Origin: Dehalococcoidia bacterium
Lineage (GTDB): Bacteria > Chloroflexota > Dehalococcoidia > GIF9 > DYGU01
Direction of reading: 5' to 3'
Assembly: GCA_042408205.1 (NCBI GenBank)
Contig: JBHOQK010000029.1
Span: 1,407 to 65,406, forward strand
DNA length: 64,000 nucleotides
Shown here: positions 9,782-19,569 of the stretch, piece by piece
How the letters are laid out: the number at the start of each line of letters is the position of its first letter
Numbering within the stretch: the first letter of the stretch is position 1
The notes under the pieces: model-generated
Told to the model about the DNA's origin: nothing
Database searches by the model: none
What the model saw: the letters and a program-made list of their open reading frames with translations, nothing else
Program-made: the position numbers and the translations under genes

Positions 9782-10997
9782 GGGGTGCTGTCACTACTAC
9801 CCTCTCCCCCTCAACTAAACCGGACAAAATTTCGGTGTTTTTAAGGTCACTGTCTCCAATGACTACTTGTCTGGGCTCAATTACTCCGTTTTTGACCACT
9901 TCCACCCAATAATTTCCGTGTGTTCCTTTTATAGCCCCTTTAGGCACTAAGAGTACATTCTCTTTCCGAGTAACAATGAATTTAGCTGTAGCCGTCATAC
10001 CGTCTTTAAGATCAATGTTTGTCGAATGTTCTAAATTTAAGATAACCTCGTAAGAGACGACACCAGCCTGAATCAGGGCAATAGGAGAGATAAATTTTAC
10101 CTTTCCTCTTAGCTCAACTTCAGGCAAAGCATCTAGACTAATTATAGCTTCTTGCCCCAATTTTATTTTAGGAATATCTATTTCGTCCACAAAAGCTTTC
10201 ATCTCTACCACTTTGGGATCAACCAAGTGAACAACTATAATAGTAGCATAATTAAATGGGGATAATTTATCTCCTTCTTTAGCCCCTACATTAGCCACAA
10301 TCCCATCAAAAGGAGCGACAATAAATGCCTTTTGAAGTTCTATCTTAGCTTTCTCTAAGGCCAACATGGCTTTGTCAACTTGTAATTCAGCCAACTTGAG
10401 TGAAAGGGGATAGGTAAACCACTTTCCTTTTAGCTTATATTGAGCTGAAGTCAGTTTCTCTTGAGCTAATTCAAGGCATTCTTGAGCTTGGCTGACTTTC
10501 CCGGAAGCTAATAACTTTCCTAATTCAGTTAATAAATCTTCAATTTCCTTTAAAATGCTTTGAGCACCTGGAATATCGGTACCATAAACAATAGTATAGT
10601 CCGGACGAACCTTTGCCCAGCCAGGTGGGGTAAGTCCAGCCGTTTGCATAAGAGTATATTCAGCTATTTCTAAGTCAGTCTGGGCTACTTTTAAAGCTAA
10701 TTCAAGGGAGGTGGTGTCTAGTTTAGCTAATAATTGACCTTTAGTTACTTCATCCCCTTTTTTAACCTTTATTTGCTCAATAGTACCGGTAGTATCAAAA
10801 GCTAATTTAGCCTGATTTGGCATAGACAGGTTACCATCAGCCTCAACACTGACTATCAAATCACCCCGTTTTACTTCGACTATCTGCCTTTGTTCGAATG
10901 TCTTTTCCTCAGAAGACTGGCAGGAAATTAGACTACTTACAGCTATTAAGGCAATTACGACTGCTATTTGACCACATAAAATTCTTCGTCCTCTCAT
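9756..10997 (-). CDS. HlyD/MacA-family periplasmic adaptor (membrane fusion protein) of the tripartite ABC exporter
   Basis: Lipoprotein-like N-terminus (LISCQSS), biotinyl/lipoyl-like and long coiled-coil segment, beta-barrel C-terminal part. Overlaps the downstream ATPase gene. Confidence 0.8.
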   Translation of the reverse strand: MRGRRILCGQIAVVIALIAVSSLISCQSSEEKTFEQRQIVEVKRGDLIVSVEADGNLSMPNQAKLAFDTTGTIEQIKVKKGDEVTKGQLLAKLDTTSLELALKVAQTDLEIAEYTLMQTAGLTPPGWAKVRPDYTIVYGTDIPGAQSILKEIEDLLTELGKLLASGKVSQAQECLELAQEKLTSAQYKLKGKWFTYPLSLKLAELQVDKAMLALEKAKIELQKAFIVAPFDGIVANVGAKEGDKLSPFNYATIIVVHLVDPKVVEMKAFVDEIDIPKIKLGQEAIISLDALPEVELRGKVKFISPIALIQAGVVSYEVILNLEHSTNIDLKDGMTATAKFIVTRKENVLLVPKGAIKGTHGNYWVEVVKNGVIEPRQVVIGDSDLKNTEILSGLVEGERVVVTAPRAPVPRFF

Positions 10998-11026
10998 TTT
11001 TTGTTATACCTTTCTACCTACCTTAA

Positions 11027-12607
11027 TTACTTTTCCTTTAAGAGCTCAGGAACAGTGACAAAATCAAAGCCTTTTCCTTTAAGAGTTTCAATTATCTGAG
11101 GTAAGGCTTGGAGCATTTGACTCCGGTCATAATCCAGTCTACTACCACGACCATCATGTAAAACGATTATTCCTCCTGGTTTTACCCGTCTTACAATAGC
11201 CGAAGTAATTTCTTCGGCGGATTTGCTCGATTTCCAGTCGCTAGTCATGTTGTCCCAAGTAATTACAGTGTAGCCAAGCTGCTTAGCAGTACGCACCAAC
11301 CAGGGGGTACGAAAGCCGTAAGGAGGACGGAAAAGTTTTTGTTGTAATCCAGTATAGTGATAAATTAGTTGCTGGGTTTGCTCCAGTTCAAGAGCAATTG
11401 TTTTTGGTGACCGTAGACATAGCAACTTCTGGTGATAAAAAGAATGATTCCCTAAAGTATGCCCACTAGCCACTATTTGACGGCAAACTTCTGGATAACG
11501 CTGAACATTTTGGCCAATGACAAAGAAAGTAGCTTTTATGTTATATTTTTCCAGTATATTAAGAACTTCACAAGTGTACCATCCATTGGGACCATCATCA
11601 AAAGTCAAAGCAATCCGATACCCATTGCGGTTACCATTAGACCAAATCTTACCGTAAAGCTTAGAGCGAGGATTAACACCATGAAAAATAAGGAAAAACC
11701 CTAATACAGCAACCTCAATAGCGTAAAGAAATTTCCCTAATGCTACAATCAACACATTCATATGCAACCAAATTAAGCCAAAGAGAAAGAAAACATATTT
11801 AAAAGATAAACTAATTCTTTGCCAAGAAAAATAGGCTGCCACTGTTTGCCACACCTTAACAGGCAAATCTTCCAGTTTTTCGGGGAGGGGTTTATTCCAA
11901 AAAAGGACCAAGAAATAGTCCACAATCCAGTTCCAATATTGGGTTATTATACCAAGCTTCTTTATCCGACGAGCTGAGGTAAGCACAAATAACCAAGGAA
12001 TAATACCACCCTTACCAACCTTCCTTAGTCGCAGAGAAAGCTCATATTCTTCACCATAAAATTTGATGCTGGTATCAAAGCCACCTACAGCCAATAACGC
12101 CGAACGGCGCACAGCAAAGTTAGAGCCCCACAAGGCACCGCCTTTCCTAAAAACAAAACGGAAAAACTGATCTAAACAGATGAATATAAAGTTACTAAGA
12201 TAAGAGACAATTTTAACCAATCTACCAGCATCAAAGTAAGCATAAGGTCCACTAACTACTACCAGACGCGGCTCTTTAAGGAAACGACGAACAATAGTTG
12301 AGAGCCAATAAGGTGGTGCCTGCGTATCAGCGTCAATAAAAGCAATTATCTCTCCCTTGGCTGTTTCAGCTCCCTTCTGCCGGGCACAAGCGGGACTCCT
12401 TTTACTTTCATAAACAACTTTGGCACCCCAATTTATAGCTACCTTTGCAGTGTTATCAGTACTCGCATTGTCAACTACAATTACCTCGTACTCCCCAGGA
12501 TAATTTTGCTTGTTTATGGATTTCAGACAAAGAGGTAAATATATCTCTTCATTATAAGCGGGGATGACTACAGAGACATAGGGTAACGTCTTTTTTAAGG
12601 TGACCAA
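11027..12607 (-). CDS. fusion protein: N-terminal GT2 glycosyltransferase (DPM1/ArnC/GtrB-like) + central TM helices + C-terminal CE4/NodB polysaccharide deacetylase
   Basis: GT-A signature VSVVIPAYNEE and DxD (FIDADTQ) in aa 1-230. Hydrophobic helices at about aa 240-310. CE4 motifs TFDDGP, GNHSFYH (HxxxH), RPPYG and LHDG in aa 320-526. Confidence 0.8.
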   Translation of the reverse strand: MVTLKKTLPYVSVVIPAYNEEIYLPLCLKSINKQNYPGEYEVIVVDNASTDNTAKVAINWGAKVVYESKRSPACARQKGAETAKGEIIAFIDADTQAPPYWLSTIVRRFLKEPRLVVVSGPYAYFDAGRLVKIVSYLSNFIFICLDQFFRFVFRKGGALWGSNFAVRRSALLAVGGFDTSIKFYGEEYELSLRLRKVGKGGIIPWLFVLTSARRIKKLGIITQYWNWIVDYFLVLFWNKPLPEKLEDLPVKVWQTVAAYFSWQRISLSFKYVFFLFGLIWLHMNVLIVALGKFLYAIEVAVLGFFLIFHGVNPRSKLYGKIWSNGNRNGYRIALTFDDGPNGWYTCEVLNILEKYNIKATFFVIGQNVQRYPEVCRQIVASGHTLGNHSFYHQKLLCLRSPKTIALELEQTQQLIYHYTGLQQKLFRPPYGFRTPWLVRTAKQLGYTVITWDNMTSDWKSSKSAEEITSAIVRRVKPGGIIVLHDGRGSRLDYDRSQMLQALPQIIETLKGKGFDFVTVPELLKEK

Positions 12608-12685
12608 TTAGTTAACCTCCGGTCACCTATATTAAAGCAAACTCTAAAGATAAAGTAATACTTACCCTTAGGAAAATTAGGAGTT

Positions 12686-12829
12686 TTAGTCTGAAGACGG
12701 AATTGGTCGGGGTTCCTGAACAACCATTTCCTTATCACAGCAAGTAACAGTACCTTCCCCAGCTTTAGTACAGAGGACTTCAGTGCCACAAAGTTCACAG
12801 CGGTACCTTTTGCCTAATTGATTTGCCAT
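12686..12829 (-). CDS. desulforedoxin-like small Cys4 metal-binding protein (47 aa), below the ORF-track size cutoff
   Basis: Translated by hand: MANQLGKRYRCELCGTEVLCTKAGEGTVTCCDKEMVVQEPRPIPSSD. Spacing CxxC...CC and the MANQ.GK.Y.C N-terminus match desulforedoxin (rubredoxin-like) proteins. GGAGGTAA Shine-Dalgarno 5 nt upstream. Confidence 0.6.
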   Translation of the reverse strand: MANQLGKRYRCELCGTEVLCTKAGEGTVTCCDKEMVVQEPRPIPSSD

Positions 12830-12847
12830 AGAATTACCTCCGGGGTT

Positions 12848-12967
12848 CTATTTCTTTAGTTCCATAGGTTGTCCGCAACAACTAAGGGTGCCTTCACCAC
12901 CTCTGGTGACTATAAATTCGCTGCCACACTTAGTGCAAATATACCTTTTGCCTACTTGATTTGCCAT
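12848..12967 (-). CDS. desulforedoxin-like small Cys4 metal-binding protein (39 aa), tandem paralog
   Basis: Translated by hand: MANQVGKRYICTKCGSEFIVTRGGEGTLSCCGQPMELKK, with the same CxxC...CC pattern. GGAG Shine-Dalgarno upstream. Lies in tandem with the preceding gene. Confidence 0.6.
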   Translation of the reverse strand: MANQVGKRYICTKCGSEFIVTRGGEGTLSCCGQPMELKK

Positions 12968-13042
12968 GGTTGTAACTCCTACTACAATCTCTACAATCTA
13001 AAGTATAAAATCCCTCAGAATTAATGTCAACTATAGCTTTAG

Positions 13043-13894
13043 CTATTTACTGGCTATCATCTTCTTCACTGCGTTAACAATTTGTGGCAGAATGTGACCA
13101 GTTTTTCCCTGAATTAAATAATCAGAAATTTTCTCTTTTGTTAAGGGGGTTGGCTCAGCGTTTATTTCAATTATCGTTGGCGCCAATTTAACTAAATATA
13201 ATCCCGACACCGTCAAGCTTTCCCTTTCTACTGCTCTTACCTTGGCTATTCTGGGTAAATTAGCAAAAGGATAAACAACTGCTGAAGTTCCACAAATTAG
13301 CATCAAATCACATTTCAAAACCTCCTCTTCGGCTCGCCTTGCCACATCTCCAGGAATTGGCTCCCCAAAATGAACTACATCTGCCTTCATTGCCTTTTGG
13401 CAAAGAGGACAGAGGGGTGGTAATTTCCCTTCTTCTTTTAATTTTTTAAGGTCATACATCTTTGAATCAAATCTACTGCCACAATTCGGGCATCTCAATT
13501 TAAAGGCATTTCCATGATATTCCAAAACGTTTTTGCTTCCAGCTTTACGATGAAGGTTATCCACGTTCTGGGTAATAATACCCTTCAGAATTCCCATCTT
13601 TTCTAGTTCAGCTAAAGCATAATGCCCAGGATTTGGTTCTATCTTTGATAAATCTCCCCAGAGAGAAGGACTAGTCAATCTTTCTTCCCAATATTCCCTG
13701 GGATTAGTCAGAAATTTATAATAAGCCTGATAAGCCCTCCTCTCGGCTTCAGGATTCTTAGTCCAAATCCCATTCGGTCCTCTAAAATCAGGAATTCCGG
13801 ATTCTGTGGAAATTCCAGCCCCAGTCAAAGCAATAGCATATTTGGAGTTAATTAAATCTCTAGCTACTCTTATGATTAGTTCTTCCACTTTCAA
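13043..13894 (-). CDS. NAD-dependent protein deacylase, Sir2 family
   Basis: GAGISTESGIPDFRG NAD-binding motif, Zn ribbon CPNC...CPLC, QNVDNLH. Confidence 0.88.
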   Translation of the reverse strand: MKVEELIIRVARDLINSKYAIALTGAGISTESGIPDFRGPNGIWTKNPEAERRAYQAYYKFLTNPREYWEERLTSPSLWGDLSKIEPNPGHYALAELEKMGILKGIITQNVDNLHRKAGSKNVLEYHGNAFKLRCPNCGSRFDSKMYDLKKLKEEGKLPPLCPLCQKAMKADVVHFGEPIPGDVARRAEEEVLKCDLMLICGTSAVVYPFANLPRIAKVRAVERESLTVSGLYLVKLAPTIIEINAEPTPLTKEKISDYLIQGKTGHILPQIVNAVKKMIASK

Positions 13895-13958
13895 CTCCTT
13901 TAGAAATCCAGAAAATTTAAGACTAACTCGTTGAATCCCAGAACAGGAGCCAGCGGTT

Positions 13959-14375
13959 TTATTCCCCGATCACTTGAATCAGAACCTCCCTTGACCTGGG
14001 ACGAGTGTCAAAGTCAATTAAGACTATTTGCTGCCAGGTGCCTAAAGTGAGAGCTTTATTAATAACAGGAATGGTTAAAGAAGCCCCCAAGAGAGAAGCT
14101 CTAAGATGTGAAAAACCATTAGCCTCTCCCCAAGCCTGGTCATGACGGTAAGGAATATCTTTTGGGATTAATTTGTTCCACATATTCTGAAAATCTTCAA
14201 TAAGCCCTGGCTCAAATTCCATAGTGGTTAATCCAGCGGTTGAGCCAACTACGAATATAGTAGCAATACCATTGCTGACATTAGTGTCAGCAACTTCTTT
14301 AGTTACCTGAGGAGTAATATTGATAATATCGCAACGCCCTGCCGTTTTAAAACTAATTTTGCGCGTCACTACCAT
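13959..14375 (-). CDS. YjbQ/UPF0047 family protein (secondary thiamine-phosphate synthase-like)
   Basis: Characteristic UPF0047 N-terminus (ISFKTAGRCDIINITPQV) and size (138 aa). Confidence 0.65.
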   Translation of the reverse strand: MVVTRKISFKTAGRCDIINITPQVTKEVADTNVSNGIATIFVVGSTAGLTTMEFEPGLIEDFQNMWNKLIPKDIPYRHDQAWGEANGFSHLRASLLGASLTIPVINKALTLGTWQQIVLIDFDTRPRSREVLIQVIGE

Positions 14376-14387
14376 TTTGCCTCCCGC

Positions 14388-15158
14388 CTACAACTTTATT
14401 TCATCCCATAAAATCTCATTTAGTTCAAAAATAGGTCCGTCACGGCAAACTTGCTTTACACCATGTTTAGTTTTTAGACTACAACCATAGCAAGCACCAA
14501 TACCACAGCCCATTCTCAACTCCAGGGAAACCTGAATAGATAATTTATTTTGAAAAGGTACTAACTTTTGGTACATAGCTACTGGACCACAGGCAAAGAT
14601 TTGGTGACACCAATTAATAAACTCAGGTAAAAGTTCAGTAACTAACCCTTTTCTGCCAGCACTTCCATCTTCAGTAACAAGAAAATATTTAATTCCTTTA
14701 GGTAAAAGACTTATAGGATAAAGTTGTTCAGCAGTAGCCGCACCTAAAAGTAAGACTACTGATTTTTTTTGAATTAAAGCTTGATGGGCTAAAAAAAGTA
14801 ATGGGGCAATGCCGATACCCCCCGCTATTAAAAGTAAGTTTTTTGCTTTTGCTTCAAGAGTAAAGCCATTCCCTAATGGTCCTACTATATCTACCTTATC
14901 ACCTTCTTTAAGTCGAGATAACCAGGCAGTACCTCTCCCAACTATAGTAAAAAGGAATGAGATTTCCCCAGTTTCAGGATAAACCTGATGGATACTAAAA
15001 GGGCGTCGTAAAATAAATTCTGCGCCTTGCCCACAACGCACCATAAGGAACTGCCCTGGACGAGCTTCTATAGCAATATCAGGAGCTCTTACCTGAATTA
15101 AGTGAACTTGAGGCATAACTTCCTTATTTAAAAGAACAGTAGATAAAATTTGCTTCAA
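14388..15158 (-). CDS. pyrK: dihydroorotate dehydrogenase (class 1B) electron-transfer subunit PyrK (FAD/NAD-binding, 2Fe-2S)
   Basis: Ferredoxin-reductase-like fold with a C-terminal Cys cluster (CGIGACYGC), directly downstream of carB in the pyr operon. Confidence 0.85.
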   Translation of the reverse strand: MKQILSTVLLNKEVMPQVHLIQVRAPDIAIEARPGQFLMVRCGQGAEFILRRPFSIHQVYPETGEISFLFTIVGRGTAWLSRLKEGDKVDIVGPLGNGFTLEAKAKNLLLIAGGIGIAPLLFLAHQALIQKKSVVLLLGAATAEQLYPISLLPKGIKYFLVTEDGSAGRKGLVTELLPEFINWCHQIFACGPVAMYQKLVPFQNKLSIQVSLELRMGCGIGACYGCSLKTKHGVKQVCRDGPIFELNEILWDEIKL

Positions 15159-15176
15159 AAATGCTCCAAAGTTTAA

Positions 15177-18100
15177 TTATCCTGCGTGTCTTGGCTTACT
15201 CAGGTATTCTCTTAACGGCTGAACGGTAAAAATTTGTCCGCCATTGACAAGAGCCTCCACTGCCACCCTAAAGGTATCCAATGAGGTAAAGCAAGGGATC
15301 CTCTTTTCTGCAGCAGCACGTCTAATATAAAATCCATCTTGGTAAGATATCCTTCCCCCAGTGATAGTATTAACTATTCCATCCACTATCCCTTCATTAA
15401 TAATGTCAATTACGTTAGGATGCCCTTCGCTTAGTTTTTTGCTGATCATTTTTACCGAAAGACCATTTGCCTTAAGCATTGTCGCAGTGCCTTCAGTAGC
15501 ATAAAGTTTATAACCTATAGAATAAAGTTTTTTAATTATAGGCAAAGCCTCAGCTTTATCCCGGTCAGCAATACTTAGGAGAAGACTCCCTTTTTGAGGG
15601 AGCATAAGCCCCGAAGCTAAGAGGGCTTTAACCAAAGCTGCTTCAAAAGTGTAATCAATTCCCATGACTTCCCCAGTAGATTTCATTTCTGGTCCAAGAT
15701 AAGTATCAACACCTATCAGTTTAGACATGGAAAATACAGGGGCTTTAATGGCTACCAATTTCTGTTTCTTCCACAAACCCGTCTCATATCCTTGTTCTTT
15801 AAGGGTTATCCCAAACATTACTTTGGTAGCAATTTTAACCAGGGGTACTCCAGTGACTTTAGATATGAAAGGTACAGTTCGGCTGGAACGAGGGTTTACT
15901 TCAAGAACATAAACACAAGACGAATCGTTCCTACTCCCCCGAGTAATAACAAACTGAACATTCATTAGACCTTTAATTTGGAGAGCTAAAGCGATTTTAA
16001 TAGTATAGTCAACAATAGTGTTTACTTCAGCTTCAGTAAGATTTAAACCAGGATAGACAGCTATAGAATCACCACTATGAACCCCAGCCCGCTCTATATG
16101 CTCCATTATGCCTGGAATGAGGACCCGCTCCCCATCGCTAACAGCATCTACTTCAACTTCTTTACCTTCAAGATATTTATCAATCAATATTGGATGTTTG
16201 TTATCTAATTCTAAGGCAAGGGACATGTAGCGAATTAATTCACTTTCATTGTGAACAATTTCCATAGCTCTGCCACCAAGAACATAGCTTGGGCGCACCA
16301 GTACTGGATAACCAAGACGCTTAGCGATATTAAGCCCAGCGTCTATGGAGGTTACCCCCGCCCCTGGCGGCTGAGGAATGCCTAATCGGCTTAAGAAATC
16401 CTCAAAGCGGTGACGGTCTTCAGCTATATCTATAGCTTCAGCAGTTGAACCAAGAATAGGTAGACCACTTCGGGCTAAAGGCTCAGCCAAGTTAATAGCC
16501 GTCTGCCCGCCAAATTGAACAATAGAAGGTGGGGGAGAGTTAGAATTCCCCAGCGAGTTAAGACTTTCATTTTCAATAATATCTCGGACACTTTCCTCAT
16601 CTAAAGCTTCAAAGTAAAGACGGTCACTGGTATCAAAGTCAGTAGACACTGTTTCTGGATTACAGTTGACCATTATACTCTTAACACTTATTTCCCTAAG
16701 CGCCCAAGCAGAATGGACACTGCAATAATCAAACTCAATGCCTTGCCCAATCCGTATTGGACCACTGCCAATAACTATAGCTTTTGCTTCTTTTATCGGT
16801 TCCGTCTCATTTTCCGTTTCGTAAGCACTATAAAAATAGGGGGTTTCGGCATCAAATTCAGCAGCACAGGTATCTACCATTTTATATACTGGTTTAATTT
16901 GCCAATAATGTCTCAGCTGCCTTACTTGTTCCGGTAATCTATCGGCTAAGATACCAATTTGCTCATCAGAAAAGCCAAGACGTTTCGCTTCCCATAATAG
17001 TTCTGGAGTTAAGGTTTCTTTGAGAAGGCGTTTTTCCATCTCAACAATATTGAGAAATTTATATATAAACCAGGGGTCAATACCAGTATGTCGAGCTAAT
17101 TCCTCCGGGGTAAAGCCCCGTCTTAAAGCTGCCATAATTGCCCATAACCTTAGGTCGTTAGGGTGAAGAGGAAAATCATTTAGGTTTTTGGCTAATGCCC
17201 AACGACTGTCTTCCCATAACAAGGATCTTTTACCAAATTCCAAAGAGCGGACAGCTTTTTGTAAAGCAGCTTCAAAACACCTGCCAATTGCCATGACTTC
17301 CCCTGTCCCTTTCATTTGGGTGCCTATAGTTCTATCCCCTAAAGGAAATTTGTCAAAGGGCCAACGGGGAATTTTAACTACACAGTAGTCAAGAGCTGGT
17401 TCAAAAGCGGCGGTAGTTTTCCCAGTAATTCGATTAGCAATTTCATCCAGTCTTTTACCCACCGCAATTTTAGCCGCCACCCGAGCAATAGGATAGCCAG
17501 TGGCTTTACTGGCTAAAGCGGAACTTCGGCTCACCCTAGGATTAACCTCAATAACATAATAATGGCTATTTTTAACATTTAATTGGTCTGGTGCCCATTT
17601 CTCGGCAACTATAGGATGAGGAGTAAGGGCAAACTGAATATTACACCCACCTTCAATACCTAAGGCTCGAATGATCCTGAGACTGGCAGAACGAAGCATC
17701 TGATATTCTTTATCAGTCAAAGTCTGACTTGGAGCTACTACAATACTATCACCTGTGTGAACTCCCATCGGGTCTATGTTTTCCATATTACAGACTGTAA
17801 TACAGTTGTCAGCTCCATCCCTCATTACTTCATATTCAACCTCTTTCCAACCTAGAACCGATTTTTCTACCAAGACTTCATGATTCAAGCTGGCAGCCAA
17901 TCCCTGGGCCACAATCTTGTCTAATTCTTCTAAAGTGTGAGCAATACCTCCCCCAGTACCACCTAAAGTGTAAGAAGGACGGATAACTACTGGCAAACCA
18001 AGCCTTTTCACTAACTGTCGAGCCTCTTCTACTGAACGCACTGTGTCGCTTTCAGGAACAGGCTCACCAATATTTATAAGTAATTTCTTGAACAAAGACC

Positions 18101-18479
18101 TTTCCTCAGCTTTTTTAATCGTTTCCAAAGGAGTTCCCAAAAGCCTAACGCCATATTTGTCAAGAATGCCAGCATCGGCTAATTCCACAGCCAAGTTAAG
18201 CCCAGTTTGCCCCCCTAAAGTAGGCAAAAGGCCATCGGGACGCTCCCGTTCTATTATACGGGCTAAAACTTCAACTGTTAGCGGCTCAATATAAACAATA
18301 TCAGCAATCCCTTCATCAGTCATGATAGTTGCCGGGTTCGAATTTACTAATACTGTAGTGATGCCTTCCTCCCGAAGAGCTTTACAAGCTTGGGTACCCG
18401 AGTAGTCAAACTCGGCTGCTTGCCCAATAATTATTGGTCCCGAACCAATCACAAGAACCTTATTTACCTTAGCTTTCAC
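15177..18479 (-). CDS. carB: carbamoyl-phosphate synthase large subunit
   Basis: 1100 aa with duplicated ATP-grasp halves plus an MGS-like C-terminal domain, located in the pyrimidine operon. Confidence 0.97.
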   Translation of the reverse strand: MKAKVNKVLVIGSGPIIIGQAAEFDYSGTQACKALREEGITTVLVNSNPATIMTDEGIADIVYIEPLTVEVLARIIERERPDGLLPTLGGQTGLNLAVELADAGILDKYGVRLLGTPLETIKKAEERSLFKKLLINIGEPVPESDTVRSVEEARQLVKRLGLPVVIRPSYTLGGTGGGIAHTLEELDKIVAQGLAASLNHEVLVEKSVLGWKEVEYEVMRDGADNCITVCNMENIDPMGVHTGDSIVVAPSQTLTDKEYQMLRSASLRIIRALGIEGGCNIQFALTPHPIVAEKWAPDQLNVKNSHYYVIEVNPRVSRSSALASKATGYPIARVAAKIAVGKRLDEIANRITGKTTAAFEPALDYCVVKIPRWPFDKFPLGDRTIGTQMKGTGEVMAIGRCFEAALQKAVRSLEFGKRSLLWEDSRWALAKNLNDFPLHPNDLRLWAIMAALRRGFTPEELARHTGIDPWFIYKFLNIVEMEKRLLKETLTPELLWEAKRLGFSDEQIGILADRLPEQVRQLRHYWQIKPVYKMVDTCAAEFDAETPYFYSAYETENETEPIKEAKAIVIGSGPIRIGQGIEFDYCSVHSAWALREISVKSIMVNCNPETVSTDFDTSDRLYFEALDEESVRDIIENESLNSLGNSNSPPPSIVQFGGQTAINLAEPLARSGLPILGSTAEAIDIAEDRHRFEDFLSRLGIPQPPGAGVTSIDAGLNIAKRLGYPVLVRPSYVLGGRAMEIVHNESELIRYMSLALELDNKHPILIDKYLEGKEVEVDAVSDGERVLIPGIMEHIERAGVHSGDSIAVYPGLNLTEAEVNTIVDYTIKIALALQIKGLMNVQFVITRGSRNDSSCVYVLEVNPRSSRTVPFISKVTGVPLVKIATKVMFGITLKEQGYETGLWKKQKLVAIKAPVFSMSKLIGVDTYLGPEMKSTGEVMGIDYTFEAALVKALLASGLMLPQKGSLLLSIADRDKAEALPIIKKLYSIGYKLYATEGTATMLKANGLSVKMISKKLSEGHPNVIDIINEGIVDGIVNTITGGRISYQDGFYIRRAAAEKRIPCFTSLDTFRVAVEALVNGGQIFTVQPLREYLSKPRHAG

Positions 18480-19569
18480 TTCTCACCATCTCCAAAAATT
18501 TTTCAAACAAATACTCATTATCCTTCGGTCCCGGAGAAGCTTCAGAGTGGTACTGAATAGTCAAGATAGGCAGCTCTTGGTGGCGCAGACCTTCGACAGT
18601 ACCATCATTTAAATTTATGTGACTAACTTCAAGTCCGCCTCTTAGACTATCAGCATCGACAGCATAACCATGGTTTTGAGCCGTAATATAGACTCTATTA
18701 GTAGTCAGGTCACGAACTGGATGGTTGCCACCTCGGTGACCAAATTTTAGTTTGAAAGTCTTCGCGCCAAAAACACGCCCAATTAGCTGATGCCCAAGAC
18801 AAATGCCCATAATTGGTTTCTTACCTACCAGCTCTTTCACTGTTTCCTCCATATAACTAAGAAGAGCTGGATCCCCTGGACCAGGAGAAAGCACAATACC
18901 GTCAGGATTAAGTCGCAAAATATCTTCAGCAGAGGTAGTACAAGGAACAGTAGTGACTAAACAGCCAAGATGACTTAATAGACGCAAAATATTATATTTG
19001 ACACCCAAATCAACTACTACAATATGATAAATAATATCTGACTTGCCTTTTAAGGTATCTGATATCCATTGGCGTATTTCTGTAGTGGTAACCTCTTTGA
19101 CAAAGTCGATAGAATCATATCGGGGTAATTTTTTGAGTTCTTTTAGAGCTTCTTCAGAGGTCATTTCCGAAGTGAGGATGCCCATCATAACTCCCACGGA
19201 GCGGAGACGGCGAGTTAAAGCCCTGGTATCAACACCACTAATCCCTGGGATACCATAAAACAGGAGAAATTCATGTAAGGTTCTTCGACTTTGCCAATGG
19301 CTCGGAGTAAGACAATACTCCCTAATGACAAAGCCTCTTACCTGAATTTGTTTTGATTCAAAATCCTGATCGTTAATCCCATAATTACCAATAAGCGGAA
19401 AAGTAGAAACCAAAATCTGCCCGGCATAAGAAGGATCGGTTAACATCTCTTGATACCCAGTCATACTGGTATTAAAGACAACTTCACCATAAGTAGTAGT
19501 TTGAGCACCAAAGGAATAGCCTTCATAAGTGGAACCATCTTCTAAGACTAAGATCCCTTTTTTGTTCAT
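18469..19569 (-). CDS. carA: carbamoyl-phosphate synthase small (glutaminase) subunit
   Basis: Class-I glutamine amidotransferase catalytic Cys (GICLGHQ) plus the CPSase small-chain N-domain. Confidence 0.95.
   Translation of the reverse strand: MNKKGILVLEDGSTYEGYSFGAQTTTYGEVVFNTSMTGYQEMLTDPSYAGQILVSTFPLIGNYGINDQDFESKQIQVRGFVIREYCLTPSHWQSRRTLHEFLLFYGIPGISGVDTRALTRRLRSVGVMMGILTSEMTSEEALKELKKLPRYDSIDFVKEVTTTEIRQWISDTLKGKSDIIYHIVVVDLGVKYNILRLLSHLGCLVTTVPCTTSAEDILRLNPDGIVLSPGPGDPALLSYMEETVKELVGKKPIMGICLGHQLIGRVFGAKTFKLKFGHRGGNHPVRDLTTNRVYITAQNHGYAVDADSLRGGLEVSHINLNDGTVEGLRHQELPILTIQYHSEASPGPKDNEYLFEKFLEMVRSES

Noticed and set aside
12595-12798. 67-aa minus-strand ORF overlapping the first desulforedoxin-like gene
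   Set aside because: It is out of frame with the Cys-motif ORF, has no Shine-Dalgarno and no recognisable domain. The 47-aa desulforedoxin-like frame is the coding one.
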